64,000 nt of DNA from an uncultured Acidobacteriota bacterium. Its GTDB lineage: Bacteria; Acidobacteriota; Vicinamibacteria; Vicinamibacterales; UBA2999. Below, piece by piece: positions 10,600 through 20,494 of the stretch. Each line of letters begins with the position of its first letter. Within the stretch, counting starts at the first letter, position 1. The stretch lies in assembly GCA_963827515.1 (NCBI GenBank), contig CAWHBF010000021.1, forward strand, positions 290,067-354,066, written 5' to 3'. Position numbers and translations under genes: made by a program. Below the pieces are notes generated by a model. The model was not told the origin of the DNA and did no database searches. It was given only the letters and a program-made list of their open reading frames with translations.

Positions 10600-11686
10600 G
10601 AATCGAACCGACCAGCCGGCCGAACTGCTTGGCGATGTCAGCGTTGTTGCCGAAGGTCAGAGGGACGCCGGCATTGAGCGCCGTGGCGACGCTCTTGTAG
10701 TCGCTCGGAATCGTCAGGAAGATCTTCGAACCGAGCGCGTCTTCGATCTCAGCGAACGGGATCGGATACGGCTCGCCGGCTCTGTTCAGCAGTACACGGA
10801 CGCGATCGCCGGAAAAGCCCATCTCCGCGATGCATTCGATCAGCCGCCGCGCGTTGCGAATCGACGGCACATCCGGATTCATCACGACACCGATCGTGCC
10901 TGACGCCCTCAGTGCGGCGAGCGCTGAAGCGTTGATCTGACAACCCGCGTCCACGACGGTGTACTCGCAGCGATCCGTAAGCAGATTGAGGACGTTTTCG
11001 ATCGCATCGCCGTCAGCGCCGCTTGGCCGATGAAATTGATCGGATCCCGGCAGGAGCTCGAGTCCGGACAAGTGCTTGGCGAGCAGGCCATCGAGAAGGC
11101 TGGCATCCAGTCGACCGGAGTTCTCGATCGCATCGAGCACCGTGTACCGGCTGTGCACCCCAAGAAAGAGCGCTGCGTCACCGAGACCCGGCTTCAGGTC
11201 GACAACCACCGTCTTTCGCTTCTTGCCCGCAAGCTCGACGCCGCAGTTGACGGCGAGCGTCGTTGTCCCCACGCCGCCCTTGGCCCCGATGAAGGTGATC
11301 ACCGAAGAGGACCTGCCGGAGCTGCCGGACGCACGCCGGCGCTCCGAAAGCCGCTTGATGCCATCTTCCAGAGCCCCGTCGGGCGGGGGCCACGCGAGGA
11401 CCTCGTTGGCGCCCGCGTGCATCGACTGCAGGATCAGCTCGGAGCTGACCGTCTTCGCGACGAGAAAGATGCACACGATAGGCGACGTCGTCCGCAACCG
11501 TTCGACCACCGACATCGCCGACGACAGGGCGTTGCGGCCATCCACGACCACCAGATCGGGGGTGCCCTCCACCGGCGACCGGTCGTCGAGCACACTGACG
11601 GCCGCACGTCCTTCGCGCAGCAGACGGGCAATCTGCCGCTTGAACGCGTCGTCGTCACTGTAAACGGTGGCAACCAGGTTGGCCAT
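10520..11686 (-). CDS. CpaE/TadZ-like protein: receiver-like N-domain fused to a MinD/ParA-type ATPase
   Basis: Deviant Walker A in ITFIGAKGGVGTTTLAVNCG, with a CheY-like N-terminus (DLVVVDGRN). Internal ATG 11686 (MANLVATVYSDDD) is preferred over the ORF-track start at 11797. Confidence 0.75.
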   Translation of the reverse strand: MANLVATVYSDDDAFKRQIARLLREGRAAVSVLDDRSPVEGTPDLVVVDGRNALSSAMSVVERLRTTSPIVCIFLVAKTVSSELILQSMHAGANEVLAWPPPDGALEDGIKRLSERRRASGSSGRSSSVITFIGAKGGVGTTTLAVNCGVELAGKKRKTVVVDLKPGLGDAALFLGVHSRYTVLDAIENSGRLDASLLDGLLAKHLSGLELLPGSDQFHRPSGADGDAIENVLNLLTDRCEYTVVDAGCQINASALAALRASGTIGVVMNPDVPSIRNARRLIECIAEMGFSGDRVRVLLNRAGEPYPIPFAEIEDALGSKIFLTIPSDYKSVATALNAGVPLTFGNNADIAKQFGRLVGSILNPSAGLAPEPPRKTGFRFPKFASVR

Positions 11687-11911
11687 GACTTCCGTGGAGG
11701 TCAAGCAAGCGCCAGGCCAGAAACGAACACGGTCGTCCAGGGTGACACACCTCAAGACGTTCACAATCGACGACCAAAACCGTGACCGCCCGCACAACTT
11801 TGTAATCGTTGAAGGCCCGATCTCCGTCGGCCTTCGTCATATTCGGCGGACGAACCAACGTCGGCAAACGGTATGGCGATTGCCCTTTGTGCGGGTGGGA
11901 GTGGACGCAAC

Positions 11912-12340
11912 ATGCCACAGGGCACAGGACTACCGTTGATACTCGCCGTCGAAGCTGATTCCCGTCAGGCGGCCGAACTGTCGTCGCTGTTCAAGAACGA
12001 ATTCAGCGCCGAGCTGGTACTCGGCAGTTCTGCACAGCAGGCCCTGGCGGCCGTCGGCACGCGCATACCGGACCTCGTGCTGACCTCCGCACTGATTCCC
12101 CCCAAGGACGAAGCGGCCCTGACGGCGTGGTTGCGAAAACTCGGCGATGCGGCTGCGCACGTCCAGACCGTGACGATACCTGCGCTGTCGACCTCGAAGG
12201 CAACCACGACCGGCCTGGGCACCAAGGCGCTCGCCCTCGTGCGGCAGCGACCGTCCGTTTCAGCGCCGGACAGTTGCGACCGAGCCGTGTTTGCCGACTA
12301 TGTGGCGCTCTATCTCGACCTCGCATCTGGCGAGCGATAG
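11912..12340 (+). CDS. receiver-like (pseudo-receiver) domain protein
   Basis: LILAVEADSRQAAEL...IPDLVLTSALIPPKDE has a CheY-like beta1/beta3 pattern, but the phospho-acceptor Asp position reads T/S. Divergent from the CpaE-like gene. Confidence 0.45.
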   Translation: MPQGTGLPLILAVEADSRQAAELSSLFKNEFSAELVLGSSAQQALAAVGTRIPDLVLTSALIPPKDEAALTAWLRKLGDAAAHVQTVTIPALSTSKATTTGLGTKALALVRQRPSVSAPDSCDRAVFADYVALYLDLASGER

Positions 12341-12487
12341 CCTCAGAATCCTTCAACCTTCTGCTCGCACGCACGCTGGCTACGCCAGCGGCGCCTCGAC
12401 ATCCTCCAGCGGATTCGACGACGATAGGACGGCAAAACCATGGATGGGAAGCCTCCCGAGTCGGATGGGAGCGCATGTACTGGAGCG

Positions 12488-13735
12488 ATGAGCATACCGG
12501 GACGCCGTCACAATGGGCGCGAAGTCGTGGTCACGGGGGCCGGGGTCCTCTGCCACATGGGCGACGATCTCCCGACGCTGGAGGACATGCTGCGCGCTGG
12601 GCGCGGTACCCCCTTCGCGAAGTACCTCCCGGCGGTACAACTGAACGCCCGCTGCCAATTGGTCGGCACCTACCCGGGCGAACTGACCGATGACGACGTC
12701 GGCGTGAGCAAGGCCCAGGGCCGCTTCATGGGACGACAGTCGCGTCTCGCGCTGGCAGCCGCCAGGCGCGCGATGGCGCAGGCGTGTCTGGATCGCCGGG
12801 ACATCGCCGTCATCGTCGGTTCTGGTGCGGGTGACGTCCGCACGCATGTCGAGATTCAGGACCGCCTCGCGGAATCACAAAACATGCGGCGCATCCTTCC
12901 CACTGTCGTGCCACGGTTGATGGCATCAACGACGTCGGCCAATCTCGTCAACGTGCTCGGTACCACCGGTCCGTCCTTTACGACGAGCGCCGCGTGTGCG
13001 GGAGGCGCGTACAACCTTCTGCTGGCGGCGATGCTCATCGAGTCCGGCCATTGCGAGGCGGCCGTCGCCGGCGGTTGCGAACAGGGGGACCCGCATTTCC
13101 ACGCGGGCTTCGACTCCATGCGGGCCTACAACCCCGAAGACAACGAAAATCCCGAACGAGCGTCGCGGCCCTACGCCGCCGACCGCGCCGGTTTCATCTT
13201 CGCCGAGGGCGCCGGCATCGTCGTGCTCGAAACCCGCGCAGCCGCCGAGGCGCGCGGCGCGACCGTCCTCGGGGTCATTCGCGGATGGGGCATGTCGAGC
13301 GACGGTGAGGGCGACATGGTGGCGCCGTCATCCGACGGCGCCAGGCGCGCCATGGATGCCGCGCTGGCACACGCCGACTGTCGCCTGACGCGATCGATTA
13401 CATCAACACGCACGGAACGTCGACGCCGGCCGGTGACATCTCTGAAGTGCGCGCCATTCGCGCGGTGCTGGGTGACCGCCATGTGCCCTACTCGTCCACC
13501 AAGGGATACACCGGGTCACACCGTATCTGCAGCCGGCGCCATCGAGGCGATCTTTACGCTGGCCATGCTGCGCGGAGGGTGGCTTGCGCCGTCCATCAAC
13601 GCAACCCCGCTCGACCCAGAGCTCCACGACTATCCGCCGATCGTCGAGCCAACCTCCCAACCGCTACGGCACGCGTTGTCGAATTCGTTCGGATTCGGCG
13701 GCACCAACGTCACACTCGTGCTCTCCGCGCCCTGA
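12488..13735 (+). CDS. beta-ketoacyl-ACP synthase (KAS I/II, FabF-like) with an internal out-of-frame segment (about 13378-13516)
   Basis: [10 protein letters not shown]..., active-site Cys context [14 protein letters not shown], and C-terminal [15 protein letters not shown]. The expected HGTSTP and SSTK motifs are encoded only in the neighbouring frame (see findings). Confidence 0.8.
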   Translation: MSIPGRRHNGREVVVTGAGVLCHMGDDLPTLEDMLRAGRGTPFAKYLPAVQLNARCQLVGTYPGELTDDDVGVSKAQGRFMGRQSRLALAAARRAMAQACLDRRDIAVIVGSGAGDVRTHVEIQDRLAESQNMRRILPTVVPRLMASTTSANLVNVLGTTGPSFTTSAACAGGAYNLLLAAMLIESGHCEAAVAGGCEQGDPHFHAGFDSMRAYNPEDNENPERASRPYAADRAGFIFAEGAGIVVLETRAAAEARGATVLGVIRGWGMSSDGEGDMVAPSSDGARRAMDAALAHADCRLTRSITSTRTERRRRPVTSLKCAPFARCWVTAMCPTRPPRDTPGHTVSAAGAIEAIFTLAMLRGGWLAPSINATPLDPELHDYPPIVEPTSQPLRHALSNSFGFGGTNVTLVLSAP

Positions 13736-13785
13736 CGCGCGGACCAAAGCTACTCGATGGACCGCTCTTCGATTCGGCGTAGAGC

Positions 13786-13846
13786 GGAGGCCTTAGCCTC
13801 CGCGGACACGCGCACGCTGAAGCGTGCGCTCTACGGCGAAATGCAA
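13786..13846. repeat. two REP-like units in inverted orientation
   Basis: gcgtagagcggaggccttagcctccgcggac is followed by acgcgcacgctgaagcgtgcgctctac, the reverse-complement unit. Confidence 0.75.
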
Positions 13847-13875
13847 ACCGCTCCAATCCCCCTGGGAACGGCCGG

Positions 13876-15303
13876 TCAGGCCGATACCGCCAGCGTGTCA
13901 CTGGACGGCAGCAGCTTGGTGAGATCTACTCCCTGCTCGCGCCGCGGCAGAGTTCCCACGACCTGCCGCTCGTAGGCGCCTGAACTGTTCCGGACCGAGG
14001 TATCCACTTCACCGAGGAGCCGTTCGAGGTCGTCGCTGACCAGGCCCAGGACCGGATGCATGGGATCTTTCGGATTCGTGCGAATCACGACTCCGGTTTC
14101 GTCACGGTTGGTCCGGACGAGCGAACCCAACGGGAAGAATGTCACCGCCGCGACGAAGGCCTTCACGAAGGCGGTGTTGAACCTGATGCCGGCCTGTCGA
14201 GCCAGGACCAGGCACGCATGTTCGGGACTTAGAGGCTCGCGATAGGACCTGGAGCCCGTCATGGCCTCGTATACATCGGCCACCGACACGATCTGACTCA
14301 TGATGTGGGGCGTGGCGTCTCCAAGGTCTGGATACCCGGGCTCACTCAGCCCACGATGGTGTTCGAGGGCCACGACCGGGGCCATCGGATGCAGGCCTGG
14401 AGTCTCCATCAGAATTTCCGCGCCGAACGTCGTGTGTGCCTCGATCAGCTTGCGCTCGGCCCGGTTGAGCGCCCCTGGCTTCTTGACGATCTCGAGCGGG
14501 ACCCTCGTCTTCCCGATGTCGTGGAGCAACGCCGCTTCGACCAGGATGAATGTCGTGGCCTCATCGAAGGCCAGCTGCCGCGCGAGTAACAGACTCAGAA
14601 TCGCGACGTTCACCGAATGGCAATACGTGAGGTTCTCGTACTCCTTGAGGGACAGGATCTGACCGAGCGCGGCGTTGCTGCGTACGACCTCGCCAATGAG
14701 CAACTGCACGAGATCGCGCACCGTGGCGGCGTCGAGCGACCCGCCCGATGAGACGGTGTCGAAGGCCTGCTCGGCCTGCGCCAAAGACTGCGCGTAGAGA
14801 GGATCGAGCGGCGACGTCGGGGCGTCGGGCCATATTCGCCCGCGCCAGCGCGTGTCGAGCGGCACGATCCGGCCGAAACTGATGTGACGAATACCTCGCG
14901 CGGCGAGGCGCGCCTCGAGATTCTCGCCCGAGGTGTTGTCCCTGACCTGATCCAGGAGTTCCGCCGCAAGGCGAATCTCGTCCCGTTCGACGCCCGGGGT
15001 GATGTGCAGACTATCGATGCCGAGCGTCCCCAGCTCGCTCAGGGTCTGCGCCGTCGCCGTCGCCATTCCGTCGTCGCGATATGCCACGCCGTCCAGGTGG
15101 ACTTCGCCGCGGATCACGTCGATCGTCAACACAGGACTCTGCCGCAGGTGCGCCTGGACGATGGCATGTAGCTCGTCGAGCTTCTGCGCGATGACAGGAT
15201 GCCCGGACGGATACATGCCGGCGAGCCGGCGCAGGCTCACGAAGCCTCTCAGCAACGCAAGCGCGTCGATCGGGTCGGTGCCGGAATCAATCGTGGTCGT
15301 CAT
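13876..15303 (-). CDS. HD-GYP domain protein (putative c-di-GMP phosphodiesterase)
   Basis: AALLHDIGKTRVP and ALEHHRGLSEPGYPDL match HD and HHxxGYP motifs. About 200 aa of N-terminal non-enzymatic region. Confidence 0.85.
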   Translation of the reverse strand: MTTTIDSGTDPIDALALLRGFVSLRRLAGMYPSGHPVIAQKLDELHAIVQAHLRQSPVLTIDVIRGEVHLDGVAYRDDGMATATAQTLSELGTLGIDSLHITPGVERDEIRLAAELLDQVRDNTSGENLEARLAARGIRHISFGRIVPLDTRWRGRIWPDAPTSPLDPLYAQSLAQAEQAFDTVSSGGSLDAATVRDLVQLLIGEVVRSNAALGQILSLKEYENLTYCHSVNVAILSLLLARQLAFDEATTFILVEAALLHDIGKTRVPLEIVKKPGALNRAERKLIEAHTTFGAEILMETPGLHPMAPVVALEHHRGLSEPGYPDLGDATPHIMSQIVSVADVYEAMTGSRSYREPLSPEHACLVLARQAGIRFNTAFVKAFVAAVTFFPLGSLVRTNRDETGVVIRTNPKDPMHPVLGLVSDDLERLLGEVDTSVRNSSGAYERQVVGTLPRREQGVDLTKLLPSSDTLAVSA

Positions 15304-17561
15304 GAATGCTGCAGCAGTGCGCGTGCTCTGGCGCCCACTCTCCTCAGAGCGGGGTTCCAGAAGCGAAACCGAAGAGGCACAAGCTCTGTAAGCGCCGGTT
15401 CCAACCCATGGCCGGGAGAGCGGCCGGCCCGGTCGATCAACCGCACCACCGTCTTGGGATTCGCCATCACGAAGGCGCGGTGCCCCAGAAGGTCAAGCAA
15501 CTGTGCGTGTGCCTGCTCGAGGGGGAAGTGCCAGAGGGCTTCCTCCGCCGGACCCTGTGTGCGGGCGCCACCCTGGCGGACCACCGCACCCACTGCGGAG
15601 ACGGCCGCGTCCGTGCCGACCCGAGCGAGCGCTCGCAGAGCTTCCCGGACGACTGCATCGTCGGGATGCGCGAGCTGTTTCGAAATGGCCTCTTCGTACC
15701 CGGCACCCGCGAAGCCCAGGACCCGTACCAGCACGGCCGTCGCCGACACCGTGCCGTCGCCGACGTGCTTCACGAGGCCTGGCGCGAGAATCCCGGCCTG
15801 ATCGCACAGCAGTTGGGTCAGTGGACGCTCGAGCGTGTGCCGCTCGGCGCTCTTGAGCCGCTCGAACAGTGGTGTGGCAAGCCCGGTGCCGACCGCCGTG
15901 ATGATCTCCACGGCCGCGGCCCGTTGAGTCTCGCCGGCCTCGTACATCGCGAGCAGCCGACCGATGCGAGCTGAATCGAAATACGTTTCGAGCGCCGCCG
16001 AAATCACGTCGGCGACGTCGGGGCGCGGTCCCCGTAACTCGTCGACCAGGCGTGCGAGTCGGGTGAGCGACGAAGTGACCTCGTCCAATCGTCCCGCTCG
16101 CTCCAGATCGAGGAGCAACTGCAAGACCGGGCGCAACAGCCGCTCCACGAGGACCGGGCTGGGCTCGAGCCGCACGAGGTGAAAGGCGCATTCGAGACGC
16201 GCTCCCAGCAGGTCTGTCTCGAGGATTGTGGGGGCAACGCGCGCGATGATCTCCGCCGTCGCGGCGTCGATGGACAGGTCGTACGCGCAGAACTCCTCGA
16301 AGGATTTGCACTCGCCCGCGCTGACGCGAATCAACTCTCGGATGCGCTGGTCCAGCGCGGACTCGCCACCCTGGCCTGCGGAGCCCGCCCCCAGCCGAGT
16401 CCGCACCCGATCCTCGAGCAGGGTCGCCATGGACTCTCGCCGCTCAGCCGTCAGTTCCAGCCGGTTGAGCGCGGTCGCCAGAAGCTCGGGCGCGGCCGTT
16501 TCGACGTCGAGTAACAAGGAGAGCGCGTCCGCGAGATCGACATCCGGAAAGTCCTGGAGCACTGCGCCGTCCGGCTCCCCGTCCAGCAGCCCCGGAAGAA
16601 CAGTCTTCTGAAGGAGGTTCTGCCTCCGGTTCGTATCGAGCGAGAGCACCGCCCCGGCCAGCTTGGCGAACATGACACGCGCGAGTCTCGGCTCGAGAAC
16701 GCTGAAGAGTTTCGTGACGTCGCTGAACTTGCGCTCGAGCGCGGTCGCGGGTGTGACAGCGGACCCTTCGGGGCCATCATCGGCTAGCCGCAGCAGCATC
16801 GTTGCCAGCGTCGTCGGGTCATCCACGAGGATCGCCAGATCCGGCAGTGACACCGACCCGAGTTCCACGCCAGGGTCCGTTCGGATCCAACCGGTATCGG
16901 GCGGATACAAGTGAATCGATGGACCATCGGCCAACGACGCACTCTCTCGGCGGTGCCGCTCTTGTGCGAGGAGGAGCGTCCGCGCTTCCGGTGGGGAGCC
17001 GATGTGCAGCACCTCCGGTCGATGGGCCATCGTCAATACGATTCGGTCCACGCCATGTTCGACCAGCGTCTCCGCCAGCGTCGGAGAACCCTCGTCGCCG
17101 CGTGGTGCGTGCACGTCCTCGCAGAACCGAGACAGGTCGCGAATCGACGCGGCGCGGTCGATTTCGATGGTCGACACGCGGGCACCGTGCAGCCGTGACG
17201 CGAGTTCGTGTTCGATCACCGTCCCCGCACCGAACTTCAGTTCGCCGGCGCGAAGCTCGCGAGGGTCGACCACGAAGACCAGCCGCTCGCTACCTGGCAC
17301 GCGACCGAGGGCCGAGTGGCACGTCGTGACGGCGTCCACGCACATCGGGCTGTTCGCCGGGTAGGTATGGAAGTACTGCAGCGCTCGAGCGAGGAGTTTG
17401 AGGCATTCCTCGATCGGCGACCCAGCCTTGGCCGACGCTCCACGAACCCCGTCAACGGGTGTCGACCGGTTCGAGGCTCGTGACGCTTGTGCCGGATCGT
17501 CACCAGAACGGGTGGGGCGGATCTCGGTTTTGTAATCGGCCGCCGCTGCGACACCCGACAT
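15300..17561 (-). CDS. large hypothetical protein with helical-repeat (HEAT-like) C-terminus
   Basis: Long ORF with a 4-nt stop/start overlap with the HD-GYP gene. C-terminus reads ...AHPDDAVVREALRALARVGTDAAVSAVGAVV (HEAT-like). I prefer ATG 17561 (preceded by GGAGAGG) to the ORF-track start 17825, which overlaps the next gene. Confidence 0.6.
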   Translation of the reverse strand: MSGVAAAADYKTEIRPTRSGDDPAQASRASNRSTPVDGVRGASAKAGSPIEECLKLLARALQYFHTYPANSPMCVDAVTTCHSALGRVPGSERLVFVVDPRELRAGELKFGAGTVIEHELASRLHGARVSTIEIDRAASIRDLSRFCEDVHAPRGDEGSPTLAETLVEHGVDRIVLTMAHRPEVLHIGSPPEARTLLLAQERHRRESASLADGPSIHLYPPDTGWIRTDPGVELGSVSLPDLAILVDDPTTLATMLLRLADDGPEGSAVTPATALERKFSDVTKLFSVLEPRLARVMFAKLAGAVLSLDTNRRQNLLQKTVLPGLLDGEPDGAVLQDFPDVDLADALSLLLDVETAAPELLATALNRLELTAERRESMATLLEDRVRTRLGAGSAGQGGESALDQRIRELIRVSAGECKSFEEFCAYDLSIDAATAEIIARVAPTILETDLLGARLECAFHLVRLEPSPVLVERLLRPVLQLLLDLERAGRLDEVTSSLTRLARLVDELRGPRPDVADVISAALETYFDSARIGRLLAMYEAGETQRAAAVEIITAVGTGLATPLFERLKSAERHTLERPLTQLLCDQAGILAPGLVKHVGDGTVSATAVLVRVLGFAGAGYEEAISKQLAHPDDAVVREALRALARVGTDAAVSAVGAVVRQGGARTQGPAEEALWHFPLEQAHAQLLDLLGHRAFVMANPKTVVRLIDRAGRSPGHGLEPALTELVPLRFRFWNPALRRVGARARALLQHS

Positions 17562-17704
17562 TGACGCCTCTCCGGGCCGAACAAGTGCGGCCAAACACAT
17601 TGGTACACAGACACTTGGCGCTCCAACCGCCCTGTTGCGGTCGAAGCCTGACACTGTCGGCGTAGAGGCGAGGGCAAGGATCGGGCCGCGTGGAGCCGTA
17701 CGCC

Positions 17705-18616
17705 CTAGGGCACGGTGACCGTCTGAACGAAGGGTCGGCCACGTCCCCTGAAGCGCATGTCGCTGACGGTGACTTGGGTGCCCTCGGACGTGCGATCGAA
17801 CGTCCAGAACGGAAAGCGAGACCACACGAGAAACCCACGCACGGGAGGCGCCCCACGTGCCTGTGCTACACGTGGGTCGCCCCCGCCTTTCTGGGTCACC
17901 GTCGGGTCAAACGTGACGCGGGTAGAGAACCAGGTGAATGTGCCCGTCACGTAGTAGCTGCCCGCGTCGACAATGATCTCGCGCTGAAACGGAGTGATCG
18001 GCAGCGGTCCAACCATCAAACTGCTCGGCTCGAAACCGTGCTCCGCGCGCCACGTCTCAGCGACGATGCCGCGCGCCAACTGCGCTGTCAGACACATGGT
18101 CGCAATGTAGACCGTCGCGATCACGAGAGCCTGCCGTGCCGGGCCGGAACCGCCACGCCTGCGTGCGAGCCAGACCCCGACGCCCAATGTCAGCCATAGC
18201 CACGGATCGATGATGAACAGCGTGTCGCCGTAGAACCAGCGCCCGTCGAACGGCATCAGCAACCGAATGCCATAGCTGTTGAGCCAATCGAGCGCGACGT
18301 GTGACAGGACGCCAACGTACGACAACAGGAGCAGCCACCCCATCCGTACCGGCACGCCGTCCGCCCGCACGGACCTCATCCGGCCGATGGCGTAGAAGGT
18401 TGTCGCGAGTAGGACCGGCAACAGGGCCTGTGCCATCGTGCCGTGCGTCCACCCACGACGGAACGCCACTGACGGCACGTCGGTCGCGAACACCAACACG
18501 TCGAGATCGGGAAGATTCGCCGCGATCATCAGCGTCGACTGACCGAAACGGGTGCGCTGCTTGAGGCCTGCTTCACCGAATGCGGCGCCGACGAGCGTAT
18601 GGCAGACGTTGTCCAT
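17705..18616 (-). CDS. membrane-bound metal-dependent hydrolase (YdjM/DUF457 family)
   Basis: MDNVCHTLVGAAFGEAGLKQRT... is followed by several TM segments, typical of DUF457. Internal ATG 18616 chosen. Confidence 0.7.
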   Translation of the reverse strand: MDNVCHTLVGAAFGEAGLKQRTRFGQSTLMIAANLPDLDVLVFATDVPSVAFRRGWTHGTMAQALLPVLLATTFYAIGRMRSVRADGVPVRMGWLLLLSYVGVLSHVALDWLNSYGIRLLMPFDGRWFYGDTLFIIDPWLWLTLGVGVWLARRRGGSGPARQALVIATVYIATMCLTAQLARGIVAETWRAEHGFEPSSLMVGPLPITPFQREIIVDAGSYYVTGTFTWFSTRVTFDPTVTQKGGGDPRVAQARGAPPVRGFLVWSRFPFWTFDRTSEGTQVTVSDMRFRGRGRPFVQTVTVP

Positions 18617-18714
18617 GGCAGATTCCGAGCGTGGACGCTCGGCTCCACGCGACCGCAGTATTTCGGGTGCCGCGCATGGCGTGACGTCGACGGCCGATGA
18701 TAGCATCGACGATC

Positions 18715-19017
18715 ATGTCATCTGGGCTCACGATCGCCGACGTGGAACGCGTCGCGGCGCTCGCGCATCTCGATCTCACGGCTGACGAGAAAACGTTGTT
18801 CACACGTCAGCTGGACGGCATTCTCGACTACGCCCGCCAGCTCCAGGCCATCGACACGAACGGTGTGCCGGCCACGGCTCATGTGCACGCGCACCAGGAG
18901 AGCGAGCGCGAAGACGAACCACGTGCGTCGTTGTCACTGGCGGACGCGGTCGAGAATGCTCCAGACGCGAATCTCGAAGCAGGACTCTTCCGCGTGCCAC
19001 GCGTCATCGGCGGCTGA
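18715..19017 (+). CDS. gatC: Asp/Glu-tRNA amidotransferase subunit C
   Basis: [48 protein letters not shown] is a canonical GatC sequence. Confidence 0.9.
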   Translation: MSSGLTIADVERVAALAHLDLTADEKTLFTRQLDGILDYARQLQAIDTNGVPATAHVHAHQESEREDEPRASLSLADAVENAPDANLEAGLFRVPRVIGG

Positions 19018-19018
19018 C

Positions 19019-20473
19019 ATGGTGCACGACAGCGCGCGCACGATCCGTGATGGGATTGCGGCCGGTCGATTCTCGGCCGTTGAAGTCTGCCAGACGTTCC
19101 TCGACCGGATCGAAGCGACGAATCCCTCGCTCAATGCGTTCACGCTCGTCGCGGCGGACCGTGCGCTTGGTCGTGCCGCCGAGATCGATCGACGACGGGC
19201 CGCGGGGGAAACACTGGGGCCGCTGGCCGGCGTACCCGTGGCCATCAAAGACAACCTCTGTGTGCGGGGCATGCGAACGACGGCCTCGTCACGAATCCTC
19301 GATCGTTTCGTGCCGCCGTTCAACGCAACCGTCGTGGAGCGCCTCGAGGCCGCCCACGCCGTCATCATCGGCAAGACCAATTGCGACGAGTTCGCCATGG
19401 GATCCTCGAACGAGAACTCGGCGTACGGCCCCGTGCACAACCCCTGGGCGGCCGACCGCACGCCTGGCGGCTCGAGCGGTGGCTCGGCTGCGGCGGTGGC
19501 CGCGCGCTGCGTGCCGCTCGCGCTCGGCTCGGACACGGGCGGATCCATACGCCAGCCCGCCTCGTTCTGCGGCGTGCTCGGGCTGAAGCCCACGTACGGG
19601 CGCGTATCGCGGTATGGACTGCTCGCCTTTGCGTCCTCGCTCGATCAGGTCGGTCCCATGGCCCGCAGCGCCGCCGACGCGGCGCTCACGCTGAACGTGC
19701 TCGCGGGCCCCGACCGGGCCGACGCCACCTCGTCGCGGCAGCCGGTGCCCGATTTCACGGCGGGGCTGACAGGCAGGATTGCTGGGCTCCGGGTGGGAGT
19801 ACCGCGAACCTTCGTCAGCGAGGGAGTGGACGAGGGTGTTCGTCGGGTGTGGGACCAGGCGCTCCAAACTATGCGCGACGCCGGCGCGACGCTCGTGGAC
19901 GTGGAGCTGCCACACGCCAAGTACGCGACGCCGGTCTACTACCTCGTGGCGTCCGCCGAAGCCAGCTCGAACCTGGCGCGCTACGACGGTGTGCGGTATG
20001 GATATCGTGCGGCCGGCGCCGGCGGACTGAAGGAGATGTACAGCCGGACCCGAGACGAGGGGTTTGGCGCCGAGGTCAAGCGGCGCATCATGCTCGGCAC
20101 GTACGTCCTGAGCGCCGGCTACTATGACGCGTTCTATCTGAAGGCCCAGCAGGTGCGCACGCTTCTCCGCAGGGACTATGACGCGGCCTTTGAGAAGGTC
20201 GATGTCGTCGCCATGCCCACCAGCCCGATACCGGCCTTTCGTCTGGGAGAAAAGACCGCCGACCCGCTCCAGATGTATCTGGCGGATGTCTTCACCGTCA
20301 GCGCCAATCTGGCTGGACTGCCGGCCATCAGCATCCCGTGCGGCTTCGTCGAAGGATCCGAACGTCTCCCCGTCGGCCTGCAGGTAACTGGGAAAATGTT
20401 CGACGAGTCGACGCTGCTCCGTGTGGCCGACGCGTACGAGCGGATCACGGACTGGCACACGCAGGCGCCGTGA
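19019..20473 (+). CDS. gatA: Asp/Glu-tRNA amidotransferase subunit A
   Basis: Amidase signature [12 protein letters not shown] plus full-length GatA similarity. ATG 19019 lies 1 nt after the gatC stop; the ORF-track start at 18863 is upstream read-through. Confidence 0.9.
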   Translation: MVHDSARTIRDGIAAGRFSAVEVCQTFLDRIEATNPSLNAFTLVAADRALGRAAEIDRRRAAGETLGPLAGVPVAIKDNLCVRGMRTTASSRILDRFVPPFNATVVERLEAAHAVIIGKTNCDEFAMGSSNENSAYGPVHNPWAADRTPGGSSGGSAAAVAARCVPLALGSDTGGSIRQPASFCGVLGLKPTYGRVSRYGLLAFASSLDQVGPMARSAADAALTLNVLAGPDRADATSSRQPVPDFTAGLTGRIAGLRVGVPRTFVSEGVDEGVRRVWDQALQTMRDAGATLVDVELPHAKYATPVYYLVASAEASSNLARYDGVRYGYRAAGAGGLKEMYSRTRDEGFGAEVKRRIMLGTYVLSAGYYDAFYLKAQQVRTLLRRDYDAAFEKVDVVAMPTSPIPAFRLGEKTADPLQMYLADVFTVSANLAGLPAISIPCGFVEGSERLPVGLQVTGKMFDESTLLRVADAYERITDWHTQAP

Positions 20474-20494
20474 GCGGCGGAACGGGTTCGAACC

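Noticed and set aside
11655-11939. Small ORFs (11655-11918 minus, 11667-11939 plus) in the divergent gap between the CpaE-like and pseudo-receiver genes.
   Set aside because: They overlap each other and the neighbouring gene starts, have no homology signal or RBS, and have atypical composition. They are most likely non-coding promoter region.
10520-17825. Tad/Flp pilus locus around the CpaE-like ATPase.
   Set aside because: No cpaF/tadA ATPase, tadB/C, secretin, prepilin peptidase or flp pilin ORF occurs in the neighbourhood. The flanking genes are nfo, a KAS and an HD-GYP operon.
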